64,000 bases of DNA from an uncultured Thermoleophilaceae bacterium (GCA_963764665.1 CAVXTL010000016.1:438-64437); one strand, 5' to 3'. Counted from the stretch's first letter, positions 27,420 to 37,247 are shown. Translations and numbers: made by a program. Notes: generated by a model from the sequence alone, not told the origin.

Positions 27420-29885
27420 TTGAGCACCCTTCGCTACCTCGAGGGCGTCGGGCTGTTGATCGTGACCGTGGGCCCGGTGGCGTTTGGCGCCCGCGAGCTG
27501 CGCCGGCGCCTCCTTCCCGGCTGGGCCGGAGCCCCGGCCTGGGTGGCCGACACGGTCCTCGCCGTCGCGATCCTGATCGCGGTGGCCGAAGTGCTGGGCA
27601 CGGCCGGCCTCCTCCAGCTGGCGCCGCTCGTGATCGCCTGCGTGGCGGCCGGCGCCGCCACGGCCGTGCTCGCCCGGCATGGCGGCGGCGGGGAGCGGCG
27701 GGGGCCGCTCCTCGCGCCCGCCGTTCCCACCGGCCGGCTCGGAATCGTCGCGGCCTGGGGCTCGGGGGCACTGGTCCTCGCCCAGTGGAGCGCCCGCGTG
27801 GCCACCGAGTTCGACCGCGGGATGACCACGCCCGACACGATCTGGCAGCACCTCCCCGCGGCCGCGCGCTTCGTCCAGGACGGCTCCATCCGCGACCTCC
27901 AGTTCTTCGACCGCGAGCCGTTCACCGTCTTCTACCCCTTCCACTCCTCCCTGCTCCATGCCGAGGGGATGCTGATCTTCGGCAGCGACGTCCTGTCGCC
28001 GGTGATCAACCTTGGCTGGCTCGGCTTCGCCCTGCTCGCCGCCTGGTGCGTCGGACGGCCGCGAGGCGTCGGGCCGGCCTGCGTCGTCGCGGTCGCGCTC
28101 GTGCTGGGCTCGCCGATCCTCGTGACCACCCAGGCCGGCGGCGCGTACACCGACGTCGTGGTGATCGCGCTCGTGCTCGCCTCGCTGGCGCTGCTCGCGA
28201 ACGGCGGAGTGCGCGGGTCGCCGCTCGTGCTCGCCGGCGTCGCCGCCGGTCTCGCGCTCGGGACGAAGTTCACCCCGATCCCGACTGTCGCGGCCCTCAG
28301 CGTGGGCGTGATCGCCCTCGCGCCGAGGGGCCGGCGCCTGCGGACCGTGGGCGTGTGGGTGGCGGCCCTCGTGCTCGCCGGAGGCTTCTGGTACGGGCGC
28401 AACCTGATCCACACGGGCAGCCCGATGCCCGCCTACAAGATCGATCTCGGCTTCTACGCGTTCCCGGACGTGGAGCATCTCCTTGTCCCGCGCGAGACCG
28501 TGGCCTCCTACCTGGACGGCGCCGACACCCGGCGGGCGTTCGTCGAGCCCGCTCTGGAGGACAACTTCGGACCGGCGTGGTGGGCGATCATCGCCCTGTC
28601 GCTGGCAGGCATGGTCGCCGGCCTGCTCAGCCGCGACGGTTTCGCCCGGATGCTGGCATTCACGGGCATCGTGAGCGTCGCCGCCTACCTGTTCAGCCCG
28701 CTCGTGCTGGGCACGGAGGGATTCCCCTATCTGCTCAAGTACAACGTCCGCTACGTCACGCTGGCCGTGGCGCTCGGGCTCGTGGCGCTGGCATGCCGGC
28801 CCGGGCTGGGAAGAGGGGCGCCCGGCGCGGCGATCCTGGGCGGTCTCGTGGCGCTCCTGGCCTTCACGCAGGCCGACGACACGCTCTGGCCCACGGCGCA
28901 CTGGCAGACCGCCGTGGTGGTGGGCCCGGCGGCGCTCGCGCTCGCCGCGCTGCTCGGCTGGCTCGGCAAGCGACGGCGCCGGCCAGCCCTCGCCGTCGGG
29001 GCGGTGCTGTTCCTCTTGCTGGCGGCCGGCGGAGCTCTCGTCCACCGGGACTACCTGCGCGACCGCTACACGCGCGCCGCCGCGCTGCGCTTCAAGCTGT
29101 CTCCCGTCGGCGGCTTCTGGGAGTGGGCGCGGAACGTGCACGGCGCCCGCATCGCGATGGCCGGCGACTATCTGACCTACCCGCTGTACGGGCGCGACCT
29201 CTCGAACCGGGTGGACTACGTGGGCCATCGCGGTCCCCACGGCGCGTTCCTGCCGATCGACACGTGCCCGGAGTGGCGCCGGAACCTCAACGCGGGGCAC
29301 TTCCAGTACGTGGTCACGACGCGCCTGCCCGAGGATCTCGAGGGCGCGCCGCCCGCGGACCGCTGGACGCGCTCCGACCCGGCAGCCACGCCGATCGCGA
29401 CGAACGCGGTCGCGGACGCGGGGCACGCGGCGCTCTTCCGCATCGACGGGTCATTCGATCCGGGCGCATGTCCCAAGCCGCGACTCGCGCTCGTGGGCGG
29501 CGGCGATGGCCGCCTGATCCGCCTCTCCTCCGGTGCCGAGATCCCGATCCGGCCGGACGCGGTGACCGGGTTCGTGGAGTCGGTCACTGCCCCGTCGGGC
29601 AGCGTTCAGGTAAGCGGGTGGGCCGCCGACGGGAAGCTGCGCAGCCCGGCCCGGCGCATCCTGGTTCTCGACGGCGGGCGGGTGCTGGCCGCCGGCGTCC
29701 CGACGCTCGACCGGCCTGACGTAGCCGGCAGCATCGGGCCGGGCGCCGGGCGCTCCGGGTTCCGCATCGTGTTCGAGGACCCGCGCACCACAAAGCTCAC
29801 CGAACCCGGGCGACTGCGGGTGTTCGCGCTGACCGACCAAGCCGCCTCGGAGCTCCCGCGGCTCGACCAGGAGCCAGGCGGCTAG
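27420..29885 (+). CDS. Large polytopic membrane protein, putative GT-C-type glycosyltransferase with C-terminal extracytoplasmic domains
   Basis: 821 aa. The TTG start is preceded by GGGAG. About 14 hydrophobic helices span the first 520 or so aa, followed by a soluble region of about 300 aa. The context is a glycosylation island. The family was not verified. Confidence 0.55.
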   Translation: MSTLRYLEGVGLLIVTVGPVAFGARELRRRLLPGWAGAPAWVADTVLAVAILIAVAEVLGTAGLLQLAPLVIACVAAGAATAVLARHGGGGERRGPLLAPAVPTGRLGIVAAWGSGALVLAQWSARVATEFDRGMTTPDTIWQHLPAAARFVQDGSIRDLQFFDREPFTVFYPFHSSLLHAEGMLIFGSDVLSPVINLGWLGFALLAAWCVGRPRGVGPACVVAVALVLGSPILVTTQAGGAYTDVVVIALVLASLALLANGGVRGSPLVLAGVAAGLALGTKFTPIPTVAALSVGVIALAPRGRRLRTVGVWVAALVLAGGFWYGRNLIHTGSPMPAYKIDLGFYAFPDVEHLLVPRETVASYLDGADTRRAFVEPALEDNFGPAWWAIIALSLAGMVAGLLSRDGFARMLAFTGIVSVAAYLFSPLVLGTEGFPYLLKYNVRYVTLAVALGLVALACRPGLGRGAPGAAILGGLVALLAFTQADDTLWPTAHWQTAVVVGPAALALAALLGWLGKRRRRPALAVGAVLFLLLAAGGALVHRDYLRDRYTRAAALRFKLSPVGGFWEWARNVHGARIAMAGDYLTYPLYGRDLSNRVDYVGHRGPHGAFLPIDTCPEWRRNLNAGHFQYVVTTRLPEDLEGAPPADRWTRSDPAATPIATNAVADAGHAALFRIDGSFDPGACPKPRLALVGGGDGRLIRLSSGAEIPIRPDAVTGFVESVTAPSGSVQVSGWAADGKLRSPARRILVLDGGRVLAAGVPTLDRPDVAGSIGPGAGRSGFRIVFEDPRTTKLTEPGRLRVFALTDQAASELPRLDQEPGG

Positions 29886-30964
29886 GCCACACTGACCGTG
29901 ATCCGCTCCACCGCGTTGTTCACGTAGCCCTTCAGGTTCCAGCGCGGATCGAGCGGCTGCACGTTGCCGGCGGAGTCGGTGGCCCGTGAGCAGACCTCGT
30001 GGGTGCCCTCGGGCGCTTGCCAGTCGAACGTCCACATGAGCCACGCCGCCTCCGACACCGGCTCGCCGAGCTCGGCATCGCCGAAGGTCGCGCCGCCGTC
30101 GACACTCACCTCGACCCGCGTGATCTCGCCCTGCCCGGACCAGGCGCGCCCGCGGAGCTCGACCGGGCCCGGCTCCAGCGAGCGCTCGCGGCTCAAGAAC
30201 TCCGGCACTCCCGGAGGAACGAGGAGCGAGCGCGGCAGCATCCTGGACACCGGCGCGCCCGGCGCGCCGTTCTCGTCGTAGAGCCGGTAGGCCACAGAGT
30301 TCTGGTACCCGTCGAATGGCTCCGCGAGCGCGGTCACGCGGGTCAGCCACTTGACGTTCGTCATGCCGTACCACTGCGGCACCACGAGCCGCAACGGGAA
30401 GCCGTGCTGGGGCGGCAGCGGCTCGCCGTTCATCTCGTATGCGAGCAGGGCGCCGGATTCGAGCGCGTCCTCGATCGACAGGCTGCGGGCGTACGCCTGT
30501 TGCGTGCCGCCCTCGACCCCGCGGTCGAGTCCGGTGAAGAGCACCTCCGGCGCGGCCTCTGCGACCCCGGCCTCCTCGAGCACTCCTCTGAGGGGCGTTC
30601 CGCCCCACTCGGCGGTGCCCACGGCCTCCGTGAGCCAGGGCTGGCTCAGCGGCCGCGGCGCGAGCAGGGCCCGTCCGTTGCCGGCGCACTCGAACGTCAC
30701 TGGCAGCGTCACCTTCGGCAGGGCCCGGAGGGCGTCCAGGTCGAACGAGAGCGGCCGCTCCACCTCGCCGTCCACCTCGAGGCGGAAGTCCGCCGGGTCG
30801 ACCGCGGGAATGTCGTAGTGGATCAACAGGTAGTGAAGCCCCGCGGGTGTGATCGGGTCCCGCAGCGCCTCGAGCGGCAGCCCGTGGTTGCGGGCGGCGA
30901 GGCGGAGCTCCTCGGGCGTGATCTGATCGGAGGCGATCGTTCCGGTCGGCGGTGGGTCCGTCAT
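29882..30964 (-). CDS. Sulfite oxidase-family molybdopterin oxidoreductase (no signal peptide)
   Basis: The Mo-ligand motif is FECAGNGR. It also has the pattern PLRLVVPQWYGMTNVKWL and a C-terminal dimerisation/Ig-like domain. The ATG at 30964 is 10 nt after the upstream stop. Confidence 0.85.
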   Translation of the reverse strand: MTDPPPTGTIASDQITPEELRLAARNHGLPLEALRDPITPAGLHYLLIHYDIPAVDPADFRLEVDGEVERPLSFDLDALRALPKVTLPVTFECAGNGRALLAPRPLSQPWLTEAVGTAEWGGTPLRGVLEEAGVAEAAPEVLFTGLDRGVEGGTQQAYARSLSIEDALESGALLAYEMNGEPLPPQHGFPLRLVVPQWYGMTNVKWLTRVTALAEPFDGYQNSVAYRLYDENGAPGAPVSRMLPRSLLVPPGVPEFLSRERSLEPGPVELRGRAWSGQGEITRVEVSVDGGATFGDAELGEPVSEAAWLMWTFDWQAPEGTHEVCSRATDSAGNVQPLDPRWNLKGYVNNAVERITVSVA

Positions 30965-30974
30965 CGCGGGGATG

Positions 30975-31403
30975 CTAGGCCCCCGCCGGATCAAGGTCCA
31001 CGCGCACGACCAGGAGGTCGGTGCCCATCAGCCGCACGGTGGCCACGTTGACCGTCGAGCGCCTGCGAGTGCGCGCGATCGCATCCAGCCGCTGCCGCGG
31101 ATCGTCATCCGGAAGCGTCCGAGCCGTCCCCGCGAGCCAGCGCCGCCCGATTCGGATGCGCACCCGCGGGTTCGCCTCGATGTTCAGCACATAGGCGGCG
31201 CGGCGGCCGTGCTCGGCGACGATCCAGAACACATCCCCGTCGAGCCCGTCGGTGACCGGGTTCTGACGAACCCGGCCGGACTTCCTCCCCACGGTCTCGA
31301 GAATCGCGGTACCCGGCACCGGAACACCAAGCCGAAACAGCGTCCGCACCAACGGATTGAACGCGTACTTGGCAAGGCTCGTGGCGAACCATCGCTTGCT
31401 CAC
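30975..31403 (-). CDS. Deazaflavin (F420H2)-dependent nitroreductase/DDN-family oxidoreductase
   Basis: 142 aa from the GTG at 31403. The sequence FNPLVRTLFRLGVPVPGTAILETVGRKSGRVRQNPV...WIVAEHGRRAAYVLNIEANPRVRI is typical of the split beta-barrel DDN family. Confidence 0.72.
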   Translation of the reverse strand: MSKRWFATSLAKYAFNPLVRTLFRLGVPVPGTAILETVGRKSGRVRQNPVTDGLDGDVFWIVAEHGRRAAYVLNIEANPRVRIRIGRRWLAGTARTLPDDDPRQRLDAIARTRRRSTVNVATVRLMGTDLLVVRVDLDPAGA

Positions 31404-31489
31404 ATCCCGAAGTGTGCCGTTCCTGCCGTGGAAGGGCGGCGACGGCTGACGCCGGAGCGCAAGCCCGACCCCTGGGCCCCGAGAACCGA

Positions 31490-33013
31490 CTACGAGTGCA
31501 GGGGCTCCTTCATCGAGTCCGTCTCCGGAGCCTCGATGTAGGGCTGCTGCTCGTCCTGGTTCTCCTCCTCGTGATACGCCGACTCGGCGTTCACGGCCCA
31601 GATGTCGTGCTCGGTGCCCTTGACGAGGTTGTCCACCGCGCGCATGGCGGTGAGCATCGAGTGATCCGAGTTGTTGTAGCGGTGGAGCCCGTTCCGGCCG
31701 ACCTGGATGAAGTTGTCGAGGCCGTCGAGCCACGAGCGGATCGCGTGCACGCGCTCGGAGTAGTCGGCGTCGTACATCGGGTACGCCTTGGGCACGCGGA
31801 CGACGAAGCCGAACTCGAGCTGCTCCTTGCGGGCGAGGCCGAGCTGCTCCAGCTCACGCATTCCGAGGTCGATGAGCTTGTCGTCGTCCATCTCCCACAT
31901 CTTGTCGCCGGCGAAGCAGAAGAACTCGAGGCCGACGCAGGCCTTGCTCGGGTCGGGCACCATCCACGGGCTCCAGGAGCGGAAGTTCTGGATCCGGCCG
32001 ACGTTGACCTTCGGGTCGTGGATGTAGATCCAGTTGTCCGGGAAGAGATCCTCCCCGTCGAGCACCACCGAGACGGTGAGGAAGTCGCGGTACCGGAGCC
32101 CGCGCGCGGCCGCCATCACCTCGTGCTTGGGCGCCGGATCGGCCATGCCCACCGTGTTGCGCAGCGGCAGCGAGGAGATGACCGCCGAGGGCTCGAACGA
32201 CGTGCCGTCGCTCACGTGCACGCGCACGCACTTGGAGCCGTCGAACTCGAGCCGGGTGACGCGGTGGTTGAGCAGGACCTTCCCACCGATCTGCTCGATG
32301 TCGGTGGTCATCTGCTCCCACATCTGCCCGGGGCCGTAGCGCGGGTAGTTGAACTCGGAGATGAGGCTCGTGACCTTGTCGCCGCGGTTGCCGAAGAACG
32401 CAGACCAGGCGGCGCGGAAGAACGACAGGTTCTTGATCCGCTGGGCGGCCCAGTCGGCTCGGATCTCGGACGTGGGCACGCCCCAGACCTTCTCGGTGTA
32501 GGACTTGAAGAACTGGTTGAAGAGGAACTTGCCGAAGCGGTTCGAGACCCACTCCTCGTAGGTCTCCTCCTTGCCCTTCGGCTTGACGGCGGCCCAGAGA
32601 TAGGAGAGCAGCGCCCTGGTCAGGTCGATCGGGCCGAGCTTCTTCATCACGTCCGGGCCGCGCAGCGGGTAGTCGAGGAACTTGGCCTCGCCGTGGCGGT
32701 CGCGCCAGTAGATGCGCGACATGCGCGGACGCTTGAGGAACTCCTCCTTCATGATCTCGTGCCAGAGGTCGTCGACCTCCTGGACCTTGGTGAAGAAGCG
32801 GTGTCCGCCCAGGTCGAAGCGGTAGCCGTCCCGGACCGCCGTCTTGGCGATCCCGCCCACCTGGTCCTCGGCCTCGAGGATCACCACGGGCAGTCCCTGC
32901 TTCGACAGGAGGTATCCGGCGGTCAGGCCGGCTGGCCCCGCGCCGAGGATGACCGTCGGCTTGGTACGGAGCTCGGGGTTGGCAAGCTGGGGCTGTCGGC
33001 TGTCGTGGCTCAT
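31490..33013 (-). CDS. FAD-dependent oxidoreductase, UDP-galactopyranose mutase-like
   Basis: The dinucleotide fold motif is VILGAGPAGLTAGYLLSKQGLPVVILEAEDQVGG. The C-terminal VGRNGLHRYNNSDHSM resembles the UGM tail motif. The ATG at 33013 overlaps the stop of the GT-C gene (ATGA). Confidence 0.78.
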   Translation of the reverse strand: MSHDSRQPQLANPELRTKPTVILGAGPAGLTAGYLLSKQGLPVVILEAEDQVGGIAKTAVRDGYRFDLGGHRFFTKVQEVDDLWHEIMKEEFLKRPRMSRIYWRDRHGEAKFLDYPLRGPDVMKKLGPIDLTRALLSYLWAAVKPKGKEETYEEWVSNRFGKFLFNQFFKSYTEKVWGVPTSEIRADWAAQRIKNLSFFRAAWSAFFGNRGDKVTSLISEFNYPRYGPGQMWEQMTTDIEQIGGKVLLNHRVTRLEFDGSKCVRVHVSDGTSFEPSAVISSLPLRNTVGMADPAPKHEVMAAARGLRYRDFLTVSVVLDGEDLFPDNWIYIHDPKVNVGRIQNFRSWSPWMVPDPSKACVGLEFFCFAGDKMWEMDDDKLIDLGMRELEQLGLARKEQLEFGFVVRVPKAYPMYDADYSERVHAIRSWLDGLDNFIQVGRNGLHRYNNSDHSMLTAMRAVDNLVKGTEHDIWAVNAESAYHEEENQDEQQPYIEAPETDSMKEPLHS

Positions 33014-34587
33014 CCGCTCTTTTCGTAGATAACTCCGCGCACTCCGATTCGCGTGGCCCGGCGGTAGAAGGGAGGCACGACGGCCACGCGCTCGAAGCGC
33101 TCGTCGCTCGCCAGCGCTCCGCCCCATTGGGCCGAGCGACGCCTCACGAGCTCGGTCCAGGGCGAGTCCCAGTCGTCCACCCGCGTAGTAACCGGATGCA
33201 CGATGAGGACGCGACCGCCCGCGGGGAGCCTAGCAAGGAGCGGCTCCAGGTTTTTGGCGGTGGTGGCGTCCTTCATGCGGTCGTAGCCGTCGGTCCAGTC
33301 CATCACGCGGTCGTTCTTGACGGGCCCCATCGCGTTGGCGAACGTGAGCTTCGGCGCGCCCCCGAGGCGCTCGAGGTGGTACTCGAGCAGCGGCCCCTGC
33401 TCGGGTTGCATGGACAGCACGAGGTCGCCCTTGCGGAGCTCGGGCACCGACGCCACGCGCAGGTCCGCGGCGTTCGACTTGTTGGTGAGCCCGAACGTCC
33501 GCGGGATCGCCCAGATCCCGAGCACGATCACGAGGGCCACCAGCCCGAGCTTGCCGGCCCGGGCGAGCCCGACCGCGCTGACGAGCAGGAGCGGCCCGAG
33601 GATGACCCCGAGATAGCGGGTCGTCCACGCCGGCGAGACCTGGGACACGATCCATGCGACCGCGAGCGTGGCCAGCGGCACGAGCAGCCCCGCGATCACG
33701 GCGCTGCGCTCCCTGTCGTCCACGCGCCGCTGGAGGATCACCGCTATCCCCGAGCCGCCGGCGAGCAGGAGCGCCACGGTGGGCGTGCCGCCGCCGAGGA
33801 GCCCCTTCGAGATCTGCACGGGCGCGCCGAAGTTGGGCGCGTTCAGCCAGGGGGCGCCGGTGTGCTGGATCTGGTGCAGCAGCGTGGGCACCCAGGGCAG
33901 GTAGAGGACACCGACGCATCCGAACCCGATCAGGGCGTCACGCACGAACGCGCGGCGGTCCGCAGACACGTACCAGCAGGGCACGAGCGCGACTAGCGAC
34001 CCGGCGGCCATGAAGAGCCCCCAGTTGTGGGTGTACACGAGCAGGGCGAGGAAGATCACGAACGCCGGCAGGTATGAGCGCCGGCGGAAGGCGAACACGT
34101 GCAGGAAGGCCGCGGCCGTGAGCAGCGAGAGCAGCAGCATGAGCGAGTACATGCGCGTCTCCTGGGCGTAGTTCGTGAGGAAGGGGTTGACCGCGCAGAG
34201 CGCGGCGCAGATCAGGCCGGCGCGCCGTCCGAAGAGGCTCCAGCCGGCCCACATACCGCCGGGGATCGTGAGCAGCGCGATCACCATCGAGAGGCTCTGC
34301 GTGTCGGCGGGGCCGTCGCCGAACACGTCGATCCAGACCGACAGCAGCATGTAGTAGAGCGGCGGCGAGCCGTCGACCCGGAGCACGCCGGGGATGTCGA
34401 ACAGCGGCTGGGAGGCGATCCCGATCGACAGCCCTTCGTCCATCCAGAGCGACTCGCCCAGCGACTTGGTGCGCAGGTACAGCGAGGCCGCGAACAGGAC
34501 GAAGAGCACTGCCGCAGGGACGAGCAGACCCGTGGAAAGCGGGCCTACGCTCGGAAGGGCACGGGCGCGGGACGCGACGCTTGCCAC
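33010..34587 (-). CDS. GT-C fold glycosyltransferase, family 39 / PMT_2-like
   Basis: 526 aa from the GTG at 34587. The first-loop motif is SLWMDEGLS. It has about 11 helices and a C-terminal soluble domain. The upstream part of the 848-aa track ORF is non-coding shadow. Confidence 0.75.
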   Translation of the reverse strand: MASVASRARALPSVGPLSTGLLVPAAVLFVLFAASLYLRTKSLGESLWMDEGLSIGIASQPLFDIPGVLRVDGSPPLYYMLLSVWIDVFGDGPADTQSLSMVIALLTIPGGMWAGWSLFGRRAGLICAALCAVNPFLTNYAQETRMYSLMLLLSLLTAAAFLHVFAFRRRSYLPAFVIFLALLVYTHNWGLFMAAGSLVALVPCWYVSADRRAFVRDALIGFGCVGVLYLPWVPTLLHQIQHTGAPWLNAPNFGAPVQISKGLLGGGTPTVALLLAGGSGIAVILQRRVDDRERSAVIAGLLVPLATLAVAWIVSQVSPAWTTRYLGVILGPLLLVSAVGLARAGKLGLVALVIVLGIWAIPRTFGLTNKSNAADLRVASVPELRKGDLVLSMQPEQGPLLEYHLERLGGAPKLTFANAMGPVKNDRVMDWTDGYDRMKDATTAKNLEPLLARLPAGGRVLIVHPVTTRVDDWDSPWTELVRRRSAQWGGALASDERFERVAVVPPFYRRATRIGVRGVIYEKSG

Positions 34588-34634
34588 CGGGCGATCGTAG
34601 TGATTCGTGCGGGCGTTTCGGCGCCCGGCGCGGG

Positions 34635-36221
34635 TCAGGCCGGCGGCGGCGGAGCCGTCGGAGCGTCCCGCCCCGCACGCGGACACGCGGCTCCCCCGGG
34701 CACCTGCGGCGCGGTGAGCAGACGCCACTTGCCCTTGGTGGCCACGAGGCGGAAGCGGTCGTCGGTCGGCTTGACCACGAGCGGGCCGTCGGGCACCGTC
34801 CGGGTGCGGAACACCGCGCCCGGCGCGGGCGTGACGATCGACCCGACCTGGATTCCGTGGAGGTGGAGGTGGTAGGCCACCAGCTGCGTCTGGAACGGGC
34901 CGCTGAATGCCTGGCCGCACGCCACGATGCGGTCGCGCCCGCCCGCCTGCTCGATCAGGCCCTTCAGGTCGTGCCACAGCTGGGCCTCGTGGCGAAGCCC
35001 CCCGGACACCCTTCCGGTGTTGTCGGCCTTCTCGACGATGAACGGTGAGAAGATCGCCAGCGAGACGAAGAAGGCCCCCGCCGCGGTGAGCGCGCCGGCG
35101 CGCTCGTCCTTGAACGCGCGCGCGCCGAGCCAGCCCACTCCCTGGAGAACCCGCGCGGCGCCCAGTCCGCCGAGCACGCACACGCCCGCGGTGGTCACGA
35201 TCAGGTAGCGCTGGTTGCCGGCGAACCCTGCCTCGGTCATCCCGGCCACGAGCGCGAACCAGCCGAACGAGCCGGCCGCGACGGCAAGGGTGAGCCCCTC
35301 GCGCCGGTGCTTGACCCACATGTAGAGCGCGTAGAGGAAGCCGATGATGATGCCGAGCTTCACCGGCGCGATCACCACCTTGCGGAAGCGGCTGATCAGC
35401 TCGAGCGCGGGGTGCTCGGCGAAGGCCGCGCTGCCGGGGTTCGGGTTGTTGGCCCGGGCGCCGGCCCGGAAGGGGTCGCCGGAGCCCCACCACTCGGGCA
35501 GGAACCAGAGCGCGGGAACGAGTGCCGCCAGCATCACTAGGCGCGTGCGCAGCCACGGCTCGGCGAACCAGAGCCAGAGCCCGTAGAGCCCGAGGAACGG
35601 CCAGACCTCGGGGCGCAGCAGCGCGCCCGCGAAGGCCAGGTAGAGAGCGTGGTCGCGCCGCCCGTCAAGGTGCCGCTCGAAGGCCCAGAGCACGAGCGCC
35701 GCGAGCAGCGCCTCCGAGTTCCCGAGCGCCGCGTCGCGCACGAACTTGAAGCTCGAGAACAGCGCCAGCGCGGCGAAGGTCCCGGCCAGCACGCCGTACC
35801 AGCCGCCGCCTATCAGCCGGCGCGCCACCCGGTACGTCATCACGCACGCGAGCAGGCCTCCGGCCCGTGCCACGATCAGCCACAGGTAGGGCGCCACGTC
35901 GTCCCCGAACACCGAGAACGGCGTCGTGAAGAGGATCGGCAGCGGCTTCCAGGACGGGCCGCCCTCCGTCACGAGGTCGAGGTGAGCGATCTCGCGGCCC
36001 CACATGATCCAGGCCCACGGGTCGTAGGTGGGCGTGGAGGGAGTGACCAGGCTGATGGCCGCCACCACGAGGCAGACAGCGATCAGCACGGGCATCGAGC
36101 CGCCCCAGCGGATGAGCTCGCGGACGAGGGCGGGCCTGCCGTCGCCGGGATCGGACCGCGGGCGGGCGGGGTCCGAGTCCCGCCGGCGCAGCGGACGCAG
36201 CTGTGCGGCGGGCGCCCGCAT
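34635..36221 (-). CDS. Polytopic membrane protein, putative GT-C-like glycosyltransferase
   Basis: It has about 12 helices (MPVLIAVCLVVAAISL...YDPWAWIMWGREI...) and a C-terminal soluble domain of about 120 aa. The start is either the ATG at 36221 or the ATG at 36095. The family was not verified. Confidence 0.55.
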   Translation of the reverse strand: MRAPAAQLRPLRRRDSDPARPRSDPGDGRPALVRELIRWGGSMPVLIAVCLVVAAISLVTPSTPTYDPWAWIMWGREIAHLDLVTEGGPSWKPLPILFTTPFSVFGDDVAPYLWLIVARAGGLLACVMTYRVARRLIGGGWYGVLAGTFAALALFSSFKFVRDAALGNSEALLAALVLWAFERHLDGRRDHALYLAFAGALLRPEVWPFLGLYGLWLWFAEPWLRTRLVMLAALVPALWFLPEWWGSGDPFRAGARANNPNPGSAAFAEHPALELISRFRKVVIAPVKLGIIIGFLYALYMWVKHRREGLTLAVAAGSFGWFALVAGMTEAGFAGNQRYLIVTTAGVCVLGGLGAARVLQGVGWLGARAFKDERAGALTAAGAFFVSLAIFSPFIVEKADNTGRVSGGLRHEAQLWHDLKGLIEQAGGRDRIVACGQAFSGPFQTQLVAYHLHLHGIQVGSIVTPAPGAVFRTRTVPDGPLVVKPTDDRFRLVATKGKWRLLTAPQVPGGAACPRAGRDAPTAPPPPA

Positions 36222-36230
36222 CAGGGGTGG

Positions 36231-37247
36231 CTAGGCGACTGTGTCCGTGGCCGCGCGGGCGCGGGGTGGGGTTGGGTCCGCGACCTCGCCCACGCCGCCC
36301 GACTCGAGACGGAAGGCCGAGCGCAGGCGGGACCAGCCGCCGTAGCGAGTGACCAGGATCACGAGCCCGACGATCGTGATCGGGATGTAGAGGACGAAGC
36401 GCAGCAGCAGCATGTACGTGACCGCCATCGAGCCGCTGGCCCCGAGCCGGCGTGCGCCGAACGCGACGGCGGCGTCGAAGGTGCCGATCGACCCCGGAGC
36501 GGCGGGAAGCGCCGCGACGAAGTTCGTCAGCGCGACGAGGTAGAGCGCGCCGGTCACGCTGAAATCCAGGTCGACCGCGTATGCAACGGCCAGGTACACG
36601 GCCGCCTCGACCGCCCAGAGCACGAAGGTGCCGGCCAGCAGCAGCGCCCCGCCGCGTCCGAGCAGGGCGCGCGGGGAGTCGGCGAGCGGCCTCAGCCAGT
36701 CCCGCGCGCGATCGAAGACGTGGTGGGTGCGCATGAACCACAGCACGATGCCCGCGACCACCAGCAGCACCACTCCGGCTCCGGCCATGACCACCGGCCG
36801 GTCGGTGGGCAGCACGCTCGAGCTGAGCGCGCCGTAGACCACGACGACGAAGATCACGGCCAGCGCGAGCAGGTCGAGGATCCGCTCGGCTACCACCGAC
36901 CCGAGCACGGTGCGCTTGCTCGCGTCGCAACGGCCCGAGAGCAGCACGACCTTGAGCGCCTCGCCGGCGCGGGCGGGCAGCACGTTGTTCCCCATGTAGC
37001 CGACGACGGTGAGCGCATACGAGTCGGTTCGCGAGGGCCGGACGCCGGTGAGGCGCAGGATGCGGTACCAGCGCTCGCCGCGCATCAGCGTGGCGACCGC
37101 GTAGAGCAGCAGCGCCGCGCCCAGCCACAGGTAGGAGGACGCCTCGTGCGGGAACGTGGGCGCTTCCTGCCGCGAAGCCCACCAGACCACGGCGGCGAGG
37201 GCGACCAGCGAGATGACTCCTTGGATGAGCGCGAAGCGTCGGTTCAT
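36231..37247 (-). CDS. Lysylphosphatidylglycerol-synthase-TM (MprF flippase-like, UPF0104) domain protein
   Basis: 338 aa from the ATG at 37247. The sequence RGERWYRILRLTG...YMGNNVLPARAGEALKVVLL is typical of PF03706-type proteins. It has 8 or so helices. Confidence 0.75.
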   Translation of the reverse strand: MNRRFALIQGVISLVALAAVVWWASRQEAPTFPHEASSYLWLGAALLLYAVATLMRGERWYRILRLTGVRPSRTDSYALTVVGYMGNNVLPARAGEALKVVLLSGRCDASKRTVLGSVVAERILDLLALAVIFVVVVYGALSSSVLPTDRPVVMAGAGVVLLVVAGIVLWFMRTHHVFDRARDWLRPLADSPRALLGRGGALLLAGTFVLWAVEAAVYLAVAYAVDLDFSVTGALYLVALTNFVAALPAAPGSIGTFDAAVAFGARRLGASGSMAVTYMLLLRFVLYIPITIVGLVILVTRYGGWSRLRSAFRLESGGVGEVADPTPPRARAATDTVA

